Shown one piece after another: positions 1 through 11,300 of a DNA stretch of 64,000 nt. The position numbers and the translations under genes were made by a program. The notes under the pieces were generated by a model. That model was given only the letters and a program-made list of their open reading frames with translations. It was not told the DNA's origin and made no database searches. Position 1 is the first letter of the stretch; each line of letters starts with the position of its first letter. This DNA is from Myxococcota bacterium (GTDB taxonomy: Bacteria > Myxococcota_C > UBA6777): positions 1 through 64,000 of the forward strand of contig JAKLKB010000012.1 of NCBI GenBank assembly GCA_023150835.1. The letters run 5' to 3'.

Positions 1-220
1 TAATCCGCCTGTTGTGTGATCGTGTAGGGGCAGCCCCCTGTGGCTGCCCGATAATCCGCCTGTTGTGTGATCGTGTAGGGGCAGCCCCCTGTGGCTGCCT
101 GATAATCCGCCTGTTGTGTGATCGTGTAGGGGCAGCCCCCTGTGGCTGCCCGATAATCCGCCTGTTGTGTGATCGTGTAGGGGCAGCCCCCTGTGGCTGC
201 CCGATAATAGGGCGTCTACG
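1..220. repeat. 51-bp tandem repeat x4 (may continue left of the window); each unit holds a GTAG-type REP hairpin
   Basis: TAATCCGCCTGTTGTGTGATCGTGTAGGGGCAGCCCCCTGTGGCTGCCCGA at 1, 52, 103, 154 with no spacers; GGGCAGCC/GGCTGCCC stem after GTAG. Confidence 0.95.
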
Positions 221-328
221 TACTGTTCTTTTTGTACACATCACCCTGTTCTCGTATCAATCTTCGGCGTCCTACAAAACCAAAACGCGGGAGATGTCGT
301 TTTTTGCGGCCCTTCCAAATCATCCATC

Positions 329-1417
329 GTGTCGGTTCTCTATATCCTCAACCACACAAACTGCTCCACAAGGAGGCGTATCTTGCGGCGATATGGGCGC
401 TGTTTCTTCTTTCTCTTCTGCGCTCTTTTTCTCCTCCCCTCCCCCCAAGGGATCGCAGAAGAGAGACGCGCCAAGATCCAAATCTTCCCGCAGCGCGTCC
501 TGCTTGGACAACCCTTTGTGTACCGCCTCACGCTGCATCTTCCGCGTGGTGCGACACCCCAAATCCCCCAAGCCTCGGTCTTTTTCCCCGCCACCCTACT
601 CAAACCTCCACGCGTCAGCCAACTGTCTGCTCGCGATATCCAATGGCGGATCTCTCTTGCGCTCTTTGACATCCGTCAGTTCGGCGATATCACACTCCCT
701 GCATGGAAGCTCTCTCTCCAACAAGCCGATGGTTCCGTCTCTTTTTTGCCCATCCCCGCTGCAACGCTACACGTCGCCCCCCAATTCAAAGAAGGCCAAC
801 GCTTCCAAGACGCGGAAGATCCTTCGTGGGCTTTTCTCCCCCAACCCACCCCCACCCTACCCTCCACCGAATGGCGCTTTGCAGGACTCGTTCTGCCCCG
901 AGAACCCACAGACAAGCGCCTCTATCTCGCGATCTTTGTTGTTCTTGCCGTCGTCTTGGCTTCGCTTTTGTTTGCGTGGCTACGTCGCCGCCCCCCTGCC
1001 CTCCCACCGCCTCCTCCATCTCCACTTGACATCGCCCTTGCCGCCTTGCGCAAACTTCCGCTGCCACCCTCCGATCAAGCCGAACCGATCGGCAGATTTT
1101 ATCAGTCCATCGCCAAACTCTTTCGCGCTTACCTCCACGAACGCACCCGCACACCCGCTCCAACTCTCACGACGCAAGAGCTTCGCGACGCCCTCGCCGA
1201 TACGTCGCCGACGTGGGCTGAACCGCTCACCACGTGGCTTTTTCACCTCGATGCGGTGCGTTTCTCTGGAGCGCTCCCCCCCACCGAAGAGATCTCACAC
1301 GCCAAAGAATACGCTCAACGCCTTTTCCTTGACATCGATCGCTGGCAACACACGCAAGAACAAGCCGCCTCCCTCCGTATGGCCCCCTCATCGGCCTCCT
1401 CCGCGCTCGCAGGATAA
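329..1417 (+). CDS. BatD-like / DUF4381-type membrane protein of a Bat (MoxR-vWA) cluster
   Basis: Signal peptide, beta-rich region, one TM helix (LYLAIFVVLAVVLASLLFAWL), LTTQEL motif; directly upstream of vWA genes; start uncertain. Confidence 0.65.
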   Translation: MSVLYILNHTNCSTRRRILRRYGRCFFFLFCALFLLPSPQGIAEERRAKIQIFPQRVLLGQPFVYRLTLHLPRGATPQIPQASVFFPATLLKPPRVSQLSARDIQWRISLALFDIRQFGDITLPAWKLSLQQADGSVSFLPIPAATLHVAPQFKEGQRFQDAEDPSWAFLPQPTPTLPSTEWRFAGLVLPREPTDKRLYLAIFVVLAVVLASLLFAWLRRRPPALPPPPPSPLDIALAALRKLPLPPSDQAEPIGRFYQSIAKLFRAYLHERTRTPAPTLTTQELRDALADTSPTWAEPLTTWLFHLDAVRFSGALPPTEEISHAKEYAQRLFLDIDRWQHTQEQAASLRMAPSSASSALAG

Positions 1418-1422
1418 ACACC

Positions 1423-2391
1423 ATGCGTTGGCTCTATCTCCCCGTTCTGTTCGCCACTTTGCCCCTTATCGCTGCTTGGCTTTGGGCGCGCCGACGTTTT
1501 CAAAAACAACGTCCTGCTCTGGCTTATTCATCCCTCCAACTCTTTCAAGACGCCCCGATCGGGTGGCGTGCAACACTCCTCCCCTTCAAAGAGCTTTTGC
1601 CTGCCATCGCCTTGCTTTTGCTCTTGATCGCTTTGGCGCGCCCCCAACACATCCTCGCTCACTATCCGCGTTGGGACAAAGGGATCGATGTCGTCCTTGC
1701 TCTCGATGTTTCGAGCTCCATGTTGCAACGCGATCTGCTGCCCAACCGACTCGAAGTGACGCGCTCCGCCCTCTTGCGTTGGAGCAAAGAAAAACGTCAA
1801 CGCGAAGATCGCCTTGGAATGGTGCTTTTCGCTCGAAAAGCCTTTACCCTCTGCCCCTTGACTTCCGATCACAAGATGCTGCGCGAGATGATCGCCCACA
1901 TCCAGATCGGCGTCCTCGAAGACGACACCGCCATCGGCGATGCCATCGCCACTTCGCTTGCTCGCCTTCGCCACAGCCCTCTCAAACAACGCGCCATCGT
2001 CCTCCTCACCGACGGCGAAAACAACAGCGGCCAAGTTCACCCCATGGTCGCCGCCGGGGTCGCCAAACAAATGGCGATCCCCGTGTACGCTTTGTTGATC
2101 GGCAAACAGATCGGCCCGATCACTTCGGCACAACAGCAGCATACGCCATGGAGCGTCCTCCAAGAAGTCGCCCAACGCAGCGGCGGAAAAGCATGGTGGA
2201 CTCGCGACGAAAAAGCCATCCACACCGCTCTTTCCGAGATCCTCGGACGCATCGCTCCACAACGACGGCAAACTCCGACGCGCCAAACCCTCACCCAAGA
2301 ACGCTTCCATTGGCTCGCTTGGCCTGCCCTTGCGCTTTTGTTGCTCTTTGTCTTCCTTGATCTCGGCCCCCTGCGTGAACCCCTCTCCTAA
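1423..2391 (+). CDS. batA: BatA-like vWA domain membrane protein
   Basis: N-terminal TM, LIALARPQ, MIDAS DVSSS, CPLTSD, TAIGDAI, LLTDGENN, C-terminal TM. Confidence 0.88.
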   Translation: MRWLYLPVLFATLPLIAAWLWARRRFQKQRPALAYSSLQLFQDAPIGWRATLLPFKELLPAIALLLLLIALARPQHILAHYPRWDKGIDVVLALDVSSSMLQRDLLPNRLEVTRSALLRWSKEKRQREDRLGMVLFARKAFTLCPLTSDHKMLREMIAHIQIGVLEDDTAIGDAIATSLARLRHSPLKQRAIVLLTDGENNSGQVHPMVAAGVAKQMAIPVYALLIGKQIGPITSAQQQHTPWSVLQEVAQRSGGKAWWTRDEKAIHTALSEILGRIAPQRRQTPTRQTLTQERFHWLAWPALALLLLFVFLDLGPLREPLS

Positions 2392-2436
2392 CACGATCTC
2401 TGTGAGATGCGTACACGATGGGTCGATACGATCCGT

Positions 2437-2492
2437 TGTAAACGCCCTGTACTCGGGCAGCCGCAGGGGACTGCCCCTACCTTTTTTGATCA
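2437..2492 (-). repeat. REP-family copy, reverse orientation
   Basis: GGGCAGCCGCAGGGGACTGCCCCTAC is a reverse-complement variant of the hairpin at 1-204. Confidence 0.75.
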
Positions 2493-2566
2493 CGCGATGG
2501 CCGGATTTCGTAGAACACGCCGTTCGCGCCTCCTCACCCACCCGCCTTGCGCTGTAGGTCGACGCC

Positions 2567-3523
2567 ATGCCTCCATTTGCCGATGCTTCTCTTCTTCCTT
2601 GGACTCTACTGCTGCTCTCTCTTGCTTGGCTCTATTGGCGCAAGGTCCGATGGCAAGAGGCTGTCCTTCGCCTCTGGTACAAAAGCCCCGCACGACAACC
2701 CAAACAATACCGATTCCGCCGATGGTTTCGGCTTCTTCGTAGCTTCTTTTTGATCGCCTCTGTCGCGGGGCTGTGGCTTGCTCTTGCGCGCCCTCTCCAA
2801 CCCCACGCTTCTTCGGCCTCGCCACAAGAGGCTCTCGATCTGATCGTCCTCCTCGACACTTCGGCCAGTATGCAGCGCAAAGATCTTCTCCCTTCTCGCT
2901 GGCAACAAGCCATCCTTGCTGTCGAAACCCTCCGCCAAACCCCAACCCAAGATCGTATCGCTCTCATCGGCTTTTCGGGCGAAGCAGGCATACAATGCCC
3001 TTGGACCCATGACCGCGTCGCTCTCCAAGAACTTGCTTGGCAAACCAAACCCGGCGTATTTTCCGAACAGGGCGATGGCTTCGCCGAAGCGCTGCTCTTG
3101 GCCCACCAACTGTTCTCCCGCCCACAACCTCAACTCGCCCCGCGTGTACTTTTGCTGATCAGCGATGGTTTCACACAAAGCAACTACACCTCACACCTCG
3201 CATCTCTCCAAAAGCTCGGTGTACAGGTCATTATGGTTGAAACACTTCCCGCCAACCCTTCGCAAGAAGCCGACGGATGGACGCCCTCACAACAACAACA
3301 CCTCAAGCGGCTTGCTTCTTCGCTTTCTGCCCCTGTCCTCTCGCTTTCCTCTCACAACCTCGACGAACTTGTCCCGCTTCTTCAACGCATACCGCGCACC
3401 CCCAGCCTTGCCGCTCAACCCCACCAAGCACACGAGCTTTTCATCTATCCCTTGACCGCTTCTTTCTTCTTCCTTCTCGCTTTCCTCGCCCTTTTTCTTC
3501 TCCCCGCCCGCCAGATCGCCTGA
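2567..3523 (+). CDS. batB: BatB-like vWA domain protein
   Basis: LALARP, MIDAS DTSAS, DLLPSR, RIALIGF, LLISDG, terminal TM helices. Confidence 0.82.
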   Translation: MPPFADASLLPWTLLLLSLAWLYWRKVRWQEAVLRLWYKSPARQPKQYRFRRWFRLLRSFFLIASVAGLWLALARPLQPHASSASPQEALDLIVLLDTSASMQRKDLLPSRWQQAILAVETLRQTPTQDRIALIGFSGEAGIQCPWTHDRVALQELAWQTKPGVFSEQGDGFAEALLLAHQLFSRPQPQLAPRVLLLISDGFTQSNYTSHLASLQKLGVQVIMVETLPANPSQEADGWTPSQQQHLKRLASSLSAPVLSLSSHNLDELVPLLQRIPRTPSLAAQPHQAHELFIYPLTASFFFLLAFLALFLLPARQIA

Positions 3524-3549
3524 AAACAAAAACGACGCTCCCGCCGCCC

Positions 3550-4527
3550 TTATTTTTCTCGCGTCAAGAAAAACACTTGGATCCGTTTTTTCTCGTCTTG
3601 CCCGCCCACATCCCGCATCTCTGCAACCACGCGCATCGCGTTTCCAGCCCGCACCTCCAAATGAATCGTGCTTTCCGCGTGATAACGAAAGTCCTTCCGA
3701 TACGCAAACACCCCCAAGCCATGACCTCGCGCCGTCACCTTCAACTTAAACTTGTAACTCCCGGGAAGCAGCGTGCTTTGCAACACTTCGACTTCCCTTC
3801 GCAATGCTGGCATCCGATCCACCGTACTTTTCAACAACGACTTGCCATCCAAAAAGCACTCGACTTCCAACAACCGAAAGATCTGCGTGCGTTCGATCTG
3901 ATTCCGAAAAAACAGCGTAAAAGCCACAGGCTTTACAGGCGCAGCCGCCACCAACTTCACCTTCGCACGTTGCAAAGCGTCGCCGTTGGCCCCCGCTTGG
4001 GTGGCTTTGCTCAACTCCGCAGGCTTCGTTGCCTTGCCTGCTGTCTCACCAAGACCCGCCTCTTTTCCTCTCATCGGATCGCTGGCAACGGCGGCTCGCG
4101 GCTCGACACGACCATCGCTGCGCAACACCCCCATCTCTTCTTCTTTTCCATCGGCTCGCTTGATTGGTCTTTTTCTGCGCTTCTTCGAGGCCACACGACG
4201 GCGAAGGCGTTTGCGCGCCTTTTTCTTCGGACGCTCCTTGACTTCTTCGCGCTTTGCCGCTGGCGTCTGCGGGATCACCACCGCAGGCATCGCCCGCTGT
4301 GTTGTCGGTGCAACCGCAACCACAGCAGGGATCGAAACGGGCTGGCTTGTCGGCGCGGGTGCATCCGCCACTCCTGCATCCGTCGTCGACGGCGTCGGCA
4401 TCATGAGTCCGAAAAAGGTCACGATCACCAACAAGATCACCACCCCAACACCCAACCACAGCACGATCGCACTCTTTTGCTGTTGGTTCTCCTCTTGGTG
4501 CTTCTGGTATTTACTCATCTTCAACAA
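3550..4527 (-). CDS. Hypothetical single-pass membrane protein with low-complexity linker and C-terminal beta domain
   Basis: TM IVLWLGVGVVILLVIVTFFGLM, Pro/Ala/Lys-rich linker, beta-rich end (RGHGLGVFAY). Confidence 0.7.
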   Translation of the reverse strand: MLKMSKYQKHQEENQQQKSAIVLWLGVGVVILLVIVTFFGLMMPTPSTTDAGVADAPAPTSQPVSIPAVVAVAPTTQRAMPAVVIPQTPAAKREEVKERPKKKARKRLRRRVASKKRRKRPIKRADGKEEEMGVLRSDGRVEPRAAVASDPMRGKEAGLGETAGKATKPAELSKATQAGANGDALQRAKVKLVAAAPVKPVAFTLFFRNQIERTQIFRLLEVECFLDGKSLLKSTVDRMPALRREVEVLQSTLLPGSYKFKLKVTARGHGLGVFAYRKDFRYHAESTIHLEVRAGNAMRVVAEMRDVGGQDEKKRIQVFFLTREK

Positions 4528-4792
4528 CCTTTCTTTCAGCTTTCTCTATCCGTTCTCGCACACAAAACTGTGTGGTCCTTCATCTACAAACGATCCAACC
4601 CAAGAATCTTTCTATTGTTGGGCGTCGCTTATTGAAAACCCCCGTGTTCGCGCCCTTCCAAGCGAGACAGCCGTTGAATTGAAAAACGATGATCTCTTCG
4701 CCAATACGGGGTCAAGGGGGCGGCGACCCCTTGCGGGGCGTGGTACCTCGCCCCACAAAAGCATCCAACAGCGTAATACGAAATCCGCAGGG

Positions 4793-4995
4793 TGTGTGAT
4801 CGTAAAACGTAGGGGCAGCCATGTGTGGCTGCCCAAGAACAGGGCGGTTCGCGAACCGCCCCTACATCATGCGATCATACATTACGCGGAGATCGTATAA
4901 TACGAGAGCCGCCCATTGTGTGATCGCAAAACGTAGGGGCAGCCATGTGTGGCTGCCCAAGAATCGGGCGTCTACGCACTATCGTACGATCACAG
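4793..4995. repeat. Two REP doublet (REPIN/BIME-like) units
   Basis: GTAGGGGCAGCCATGTGTGGCTGCCC at about 4809 and 4933; the first is followed by an inverted GGGCGGTTCGCGAACCGCCCCTAC; TGTGATCG...CGATCA flanks. Confidence 0.85.
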
Positions 4996-5198
4996 ATCGC
5001 TCGGAGATCGTATAAGTCCTGTCCTAAAACAAATCCGCTCTTGTTTTGTTTTTTGGAGCCACACTTTACGCTTGCCGCTTAAAAACAGCACGATCACCAC
5101 CAAACCTAGGTACACTTCGTCGCGCTGTGTTATATTCCTATCGCTTGGTCGAAACCAAGAGGCGTCCCCCATACTCCAAACACAAGGTCGGACACAAG

Positions 5199-5951
5199 AT
5201 GCGAACCCCTCGGCGCTTTTTCTCTTCCTCGACTCCTTCCCTTCCTCCGACGTCTCCTTCGCCTCATCCCCTCTCCTTGTTTCTTCGGTGCTTCTTTGTA
5301 CTGGCTGTGCTGCTTTTGTTCTTTCCCTCTCCCTCTTCTCACTCACAAGATCACCAAGGCTGGCTTGCCCGCACCTACCGCCTTTTTCAACAAGGCAAAC
5401 TCCCTGAAGCCCTTCAACTTCTTCAACAGGCCGAACAAGCCGTCGGTCCTCATCCCGCGTTCTTTTACTACAAGGGCCTGATCTTCCAAGCTCTCCGCCA
5501 GCCCGACCAAGCCCTTGATGCCTATCGACAAGCTGAACCCGCCATCGATCCCAAGTTTCAGCCTTGGCTGCTCAATAACCTCGGAAACCTTTTCTTTCAA
5601 AAAGGCCGCTACCGCACCGCCGCACGCTATTACGCCCGCGCACTTCAAAAAGATCCCAACTATCCCCGCGCACGCTTCAATCTCGAACTCGCCCTCCGTG
5701 CCATCCAACAACCCCCTCCCCCTCCTCCGCCCCCCAACTCCCGACAACAACCCCCTCCCCCTCAACGCCGCGATAGCAAACGCCCTCCGCCACCCCGACC
5801 TCGCAAAAAAGATCAAGTCATCGCTCCTCCCAAACAGCGCAAATGGGCCCTCCCACCCGCAAACGCCTTCCAACTCAAAGCCTTTGACCGATTCCTCCCC
5901 TACAGTCGTGTCCTCAAACATCACAAACTTCGCACACAACAAAACCCATGA
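5199..5951 (+). CDS. BatC-like TPR protein
   Basis: Signal/TM, TPRs (YYKGLIF, NNLGNLFFQKGRY, ARFNLELAL), Pro/Gln-rich tail; Bat context. Confidence 0.8.
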   Translation: MRTPRRFFSSSTPSLPPTSPSPHPLSLFLRCFFVLAVLLLFFPSPSSHSQDHQGWLARTYRLFQQGKLPEALQLLQQAEQAVGPHPAFFYYKGLIFQALRQPDQALDAYRQAEPAIDPKFQPWLLNNLGNLFFQKGRYRTAARYYARALQKDPNYPRARFNLELALRAIQQPPPPPPPPNSRQQPPPPQRRDSKRPPPPRPRKKDQVIAPPKQRKWALPPANAFQLKAFDRFLPYSRVLKHHKLRTQQNP

Positions 5952-6026
5952 TGCCACCCCGCGCCCCTTACCCCGTATCGGCGAAACATACAGACGTTTT
6001 TCAAACCAACCACTGCATCGCTTGAA

Positions 6027-8177
6027 ATGGCGCGAACACGGCTTTTTTCTGCGCTGCACTATACCTGTCTGCATCTGTCCGTGTTTGTCGCCTTCCTCTT
6101 CTGTTTTCAACCCCTCGGATGGACTTATCCTGAAACAAATACAAACGCAAACGCCCAACCATCCGCCTCTTCTAAGCCTACTTCTTCAAACGCCCAACCA
6201 TCCGCCTCTTCTAAGCCTACTTCTTCAAACGCCCAACCATCCGCCTCTTCTAAGCCTACTTCTTCAAACGCCCAACCATCTGCCTCTTCTAAGCCCACAA
6301 CGTCCCCCACAACCCAATCCGCGAGCAAATGGAAACTGCAAGTCCGTCAAAGATACGAAGGGGCTTTGTTGGCGTGGGCTTTACAAAAAACAGGACTTGC
6401 GCTTGAGGCCGATCCCAAGGGCAAGATCATCGACAAAGTGGTGATCGCCCGAGAAGAGATCATCGCTCGCACCGATCCTTGGCCTTACTTCCTCAACATC
6501 TTCCATTACAAAACACGCGAGTCCGTTGTGCGGCAAGAACTCTTAATCCAAGAAGGCGCGGTCTGGAATCCCGCACTGATCGAAGAAACTGCACGCAATC
6601 TGCGCGGGATGTCGATACTGGCCGCTGCGATGATCGTGGCTTGTCGTAGTCCCAAAACCAACCGTGTGATCATGCTCGTGATCACAAAAGACATCTGGAG
6701 CATCCGCTTTAATTCCAGCTACAGCCTCGTCGGCAGCGCCATCCAACTTGGCGAACTCTTCCCCGCCGATATCAATCTGCTCGGCCTCAACAAGCAACTC
6801 GCCTTGCATCTGCGCATCTCTCAACTCGACCTCAGCAACTTCCGCCTCTACGACCACTTTGGCATCGGACAGCTCTTCTACGATCAACGCTTCTTTGGCT
6901 CTCGCTTTCAAGTCTACGAACGCCTCAGCTTCTACATCAACGGCGATGTTCCTTGCGCTGGCGCACAAGGCACACAGACCAACGTCTGGTGTCCCACCCA
7001 AAAATTCGGCTCTCTTCAAGGTGTCTATGGGCAATTTGCTGTGCTCTATCCGTTGTTTTCGCTTGCGAGCCAATGGGGTTTCCGATTTGAAACCACCGTC
7101 GATAGCCGACAACGCCGACTTTATCGCCAAAACCCCGACACCCAAGCCCCTCCCCTCGGCGAACAACAGGGCGTCTCGATCCGCGCTGCAACCTTCGACC
7201 AACACCCCGACGGCATCCTCCGCGCAGTCCCCCGTGTCTACGATGCTTTGCGCGTCACAGGCATCCTCAGCGTCACCCGATCTTTTGGAACTACGCTCAA
7301 ACACGACCTATCTTGGGGGCTTTCAGGATACTACGATCGCAACACACCCCCCGAGCCTTTCCCCTTCGACGATATCACCCGCACGTGGATGCGCAAAACG
7401 ATCCTCCCTCGCAACGAATCCGCGATCTACGCCTTTGTCGGATACAACACCCGAAACACCCAATTCATCCGCCTTCGCAACATCCGCGCTTTTGCACTCA
7501 GCGAAGACTACGCCCTCGGCCCCTCCCTCTGGACCGAGCTTCGCGTCGCCAAGGATCTCGATTACCTCAACCAATACTTTTTTGAAGCCTTTGCCAGCGC
7601 CTCCTATCGCTGGCATCTCCATGGTGATCTCTTGCAGATCGGAGTGTACGCCTTCACACGCTTCCAACCGCTGATCCAAGAACGCACGGATCTCGGATTT
7701 TCCGACCCTTGGATCGATCAATTCTTCCAAGCCTACCTCTACAACATCAGTCCATTGTGGGGTATCGGGCGTTTGCACTTCAAAGCTTTCGTCCAACTCC
7801 GGCGCAACGATATCGACCGCAGCGTCTCGACCCTCGGTGCAGACAACGGCTTGCGCGGTTATCTCAGCAGCGTCTTTGAAGGCCAACATCTCTTTCGCAT
7901 CAATCTCGAATACCGCAGCCTTCCACTCAATCTCTGGACTGTCCACGTCGGATTTGTCGCCTTTTACGATGCAGGAGCCGTCTTCGGTGGCGATGACCCC
8001 GCAAGACCCGGCCAATCCCTCCCCTTCTTCTACAAACAAAGCGTCGGCGTCGGCTTGCGCTTCCAATTCCCCCAATTTGACCGCGAAGCCATCCGCATCG
8101 ATATGGGCATCCCTCTTTCTGACGGCGGCGGTAGCCTCGGTTCTTGGTTCTCTCTCTCCTTTGGCCAAGCCTTCTAA
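6027..8177 (+). CDS. Omp85/BamA-TamA family outer membrane protein
   Basis: Signal peptide, POTRA-like TRESVVRQELL...EETARNLR, LRGY motif, C-terminal FSLSFGQAF. Confidence 0.85.
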   Translation: MARTRLFSALHYTCLHLSVFVAFLFCFQPLGWTYPETNTNANAQPSASSKPTSSNAQPSASSKPTSSNAQPSASSKPTSSNAQPSASSKPTTSPTTQSASKWKLQVRQRYEGALLAWALQKTGLALEADPKGKIIDKVVIAREEIIARTDPWPYFLNIFHYKTRESVVRQELLIQEGAVWNPALIEETARNLRGMSILAAAMIVACRSPKTNRVIMLVITKDIWSIRFNSSYSLVGSAIQLGELFPADINLLGLNKQLALHLRISQLDLSNFRLYDHFGIGQLFYDQRFFGSRFQVYERLSFYINGDVPCAGAQGTQTNVWCPTQKFGSLQGVYGQFAVLYPLFSLASQWGFRFETTVDSRQRRLYRQNPDTQAPPLGEQQGVSIRAATFDQHPDGILRAVPRVYDALRVTGILSVTRSFGTTLKHDLSWGLSGYYDRNTPPEPFPFDDITRTWMRKTILPRNESAIYAFVGYNTRNTQFIRLRNIRAFALSEDYALGPSLWTELRVAKDLDYLNQYFFEAFASASYRWHLHGDLLQIGVYAFTRFQPLIQERTDLGFSDPWIDQFFQAYLYNISPLWGIGRLHFKAFVQLRRNDIDRSVSTLGADNGLRGYLSSVFEGQHLFRINLEYRSLPLNLWTVHVGFVAFYDAGAVFGGDDPARPGQSLPFFYKQSVGVGLRFQFPQFDREAIRIDMGIPLSDGGGSLGSWFSLSFGQAF
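6149..6298 (+). repeat. In-frame 39-bp tandem repeat x4 (NAQPSASSKPTSS)
   Basis: AACGCCCAACCATCCGCCTCTTCTAAGCCTACTTCTTCA repeated just after the signal peptide. Confidence 0.95.
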
Positions 8178-8313
8178 CCCAACGCCCCCAACGCCCTCCA
8201 ACGCCTCTTTCCTCCGATTGCATCGTGTGTCGCAATTGTGCTAGGTTGTCGTGTACTCTACCGCGCCGTAGATCGGCGATCTTTGCGCCACTCTTTCGCC
8301 ACACAGCCAACCC

Positions 8314-11300
8314 ATGAGACCACGAGAGGCGATCTTGACATCTCCCCGCTCCACCACCCCCGAACGATGCCCGCGCTGTAGTCACACCCTGACCCGCAGC
8401 CCCAACGCAGAATTGGCCTTTTGCCTCAATTGCCGCTTTCCGCTCAAACCCATCGCTGGAAAGTACCGATTGATGCGCCAACTCGGCAAAGGCGGCACGG
8501 GCACCGTTTATCTCGCCAAACACATCCACCTCCGACGACAGGCCGAGCGCGTCGTCAAGGTCGTCCCTCTCGAACCCACCCAAACCCACCAGATCGATCG
8601 CTTTGAACAAGAGATCCAAGTCACCGCCCTGCTTTCCCAACAAAATGAACATATCGTCCGCATCTACGACGACTTTGGACACGAGCCTGAACTCGGCTAC
8701 TACTACGTTATGGAATTCCTTGAGGGCCGCAGCCTCCGCGAGATCCTGATCCAACGCGAGCGACTTTCCCCCAAAGAAGCCATCCATATCACTCACCAAC
8801 TCTGTCTCGCCCTTCAACTCGCCCACTCCGAAGATATCATCCACCGCGATATCAAACCCGAAAATATCCTTGTCATCGAACGCAACGACGATCCTTTCTT
8901 CGTCAAACTGATCGACTTCGGCATCGCCCACCTTCTCGAAAATCAAAGCAACGACGGCCCCGCACAAGTCATCGTCGGAACCCCCCTCTACATGGCCCCC
9001 GAACAATGCCTCAACCGCACCATCGACGCTCGCACCGACCTTTACGCCGTTGGTATCGTGCTTTACGAGATGCTTACCGGACAACATCCCTTCGTCGATA
9101 TGCACAACCTCGACCAAAGCAACAGCCTTTCCATCATGTTCGCCCAAGTCTGGAACGCCCCTCCCAGCCCACACGAACGCTTCCCCTCCCTCCAAGCCCC
9201 CAAAAAACTCGACGACGTCCTCTCCAAGATCCTCGCCAAAGACCCCAACGAACGCTTCCAACACGCCCAAGATATGGACACCGCCCTCCAACGTGCCGCC
9301 CAAGATGCCGATTGGTCCGCCTCTTCCACTTCAACCGCTACTTCGACCTCCCACGCACGGCCTCCCCAGATCCACCACACCGTCAGCGAACAAGACCGAT
9401 CCAGCGCTCCCACCGACCCTTACCCCGGCACACAAACGCGCATCCAACACGACACTTCTGAACAACCCAACGAAGCCCCCATCCAGCTTGAAAGCGACCT
9501 CCTCCCTTCCGCCTCTGACTTCGATGAAAAAGAAAAAGCTCCCATCGTCTACCGTACCCTCCTTAGTGCGCAACTTGCGAGCTTACCGCGACCCAAGCTC
9601 CAAAAGACCAACATCCGCCCTCTCCACAAAAGCTTTGTCGGACGACACCAAGAACTCCAAGATCTCCAAGACGCCTACGCACGCGGCGAACGGCTTGTCT
9701 CCCTTCTCGGCCCGGGTGGTACAGGGAAAACCAGCCTCGCACAACACTTTGGCCTCCAACAAGTCGACCAATTCGACGGAGGGGTCTGGTTTTGCGATCT
9801 CAGCGAATGTTATTCCCTCCCCGAGATGCTCCAATCCATCGCCCAAGCCCTCCGCATCACCCTTCACCCGGGTGAAGCCGAACAACACATCCATCAGATC
9901 GGCTACGCGCTTCATTGTCGCGGCCAAGCCCTGATCATCCTCGACAACTTCGAGCAGATCACCCCCCACGCACTCCCCACCGTCGGACGCTGGTCTCAAG
10001 AAGAAACCCTCGTCCGCTTTCTTGTCACCTCTCGCGAAAAGCTCCAAATCATCGGCGAATGCGCTATCCCTCTCCCACCTCTCCCCGCAGATCAAGCCGT
10101 TCAACTCTTCCTCGATCGCGCACGCACTCTCCGCCCGCGTTGGCAACCCAACCACCAAGAACTCCGAACCATCGAACAGATCGTCAAACACCTTGATCGC
10201 CTTCCCCTTGCCATCGAACTTGCCGCCGCACGCATCGACATCCTCTCTCCACAAGCCCTGTTCGAACGCCTCCAACAACGCTTCAACCTCCTCTCTCATC
10301 CAAGCCAAGGTGTCCCCGCCCGACAAGCCACTCTGCGCGGAGCCATCGACTGGTCGTGGGATCTCCTCAGCGACGCCGAGCGCGACGCCTTCACCCAATG
10401 CGCCATCTTTCGCGGCGGCTTTACCCTCGAAGCTGCCGAGCGCATCCTTCAACTCGACCCCAACGCAATCTCCACCATCGACTTGATCCAAGCCCTCCGC
10501 AACAAGTCCCTTCTCTACATCCTCCCCAACGAACACCCCCAACAAAACCAACGCCTCGGTATGTACGAAAGCATCCGCGAATACGCCAAAGAGCACTTCC
10601 ATCAATCCCCCAAACGCGGCGATGTCGCCGCCATGCACGCCGCGTATTATCTCGAACTCGCCGAGTCTCTTCTTCACGATCTCCACACAAACAACGGACT
10701 CTCCAACCTTCGACAGCTTCTTGCCGAAACCGAAAACCTCCAAGCCATCTTCGATCGCTACGTCCCCCACGATCCCAACGTCGCTCTGCGCGCTCTTCTT
10801 GTCCTACAGCCCGCCCTCGAACGCAAACAAACCCAAGACACCATGCTCCAAATGGTCCAACTCGTCCTCAACCAACAAAACAAAGTCCAGCCCGCTCTCT
10901 ACCCCCGCGCATTCCGCCTCTATGCCCATCTCTGCCGACGCCTCGGCTTTCTCGACCAAGCCAACAAAAGCCTACACACCGCCATCACACAAGCCATCCA
11001 ACACTTCGACCCCCTCGAAGAAGCCCAAGCCCGACTCGCCCAAGGCCATCTCTTCACACAACGCCGTCTGCGCGAAGAAGCCCAAGCCGCCTTCCGTTCG
11101 GCTCTCCTGTTCTTCGAACAAAACAAACAACATCCCCATCTGCTCGCCGACACCTACAACGCTCTCGGCTCCCTATCCCGACAACATGGCTCCCTCGAAG
11201 AAGCCGAACCCTATCACCTCAAAGCCCTTTCCCTTCAACGCCAATACGCCGACAGCAACGGTGAAGCCATCACACTCGGACAACTCGGACACCTCTATCG

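Noticed and set aside
1-204. CRISPR array (also considered for 25790-25884, 40408-40551, 59994-60104)
   Set aside because: Head-to-tail repeats without unique spacers, and no cas genes in the window.
12-2360. 782-aa ORF starting in the 51-bp repeat, and the 662-aa ORF at 10622-12610
   Set aside because: Alternative-frame, S/P/R/T-rich translations overlapping motif-supported genes.
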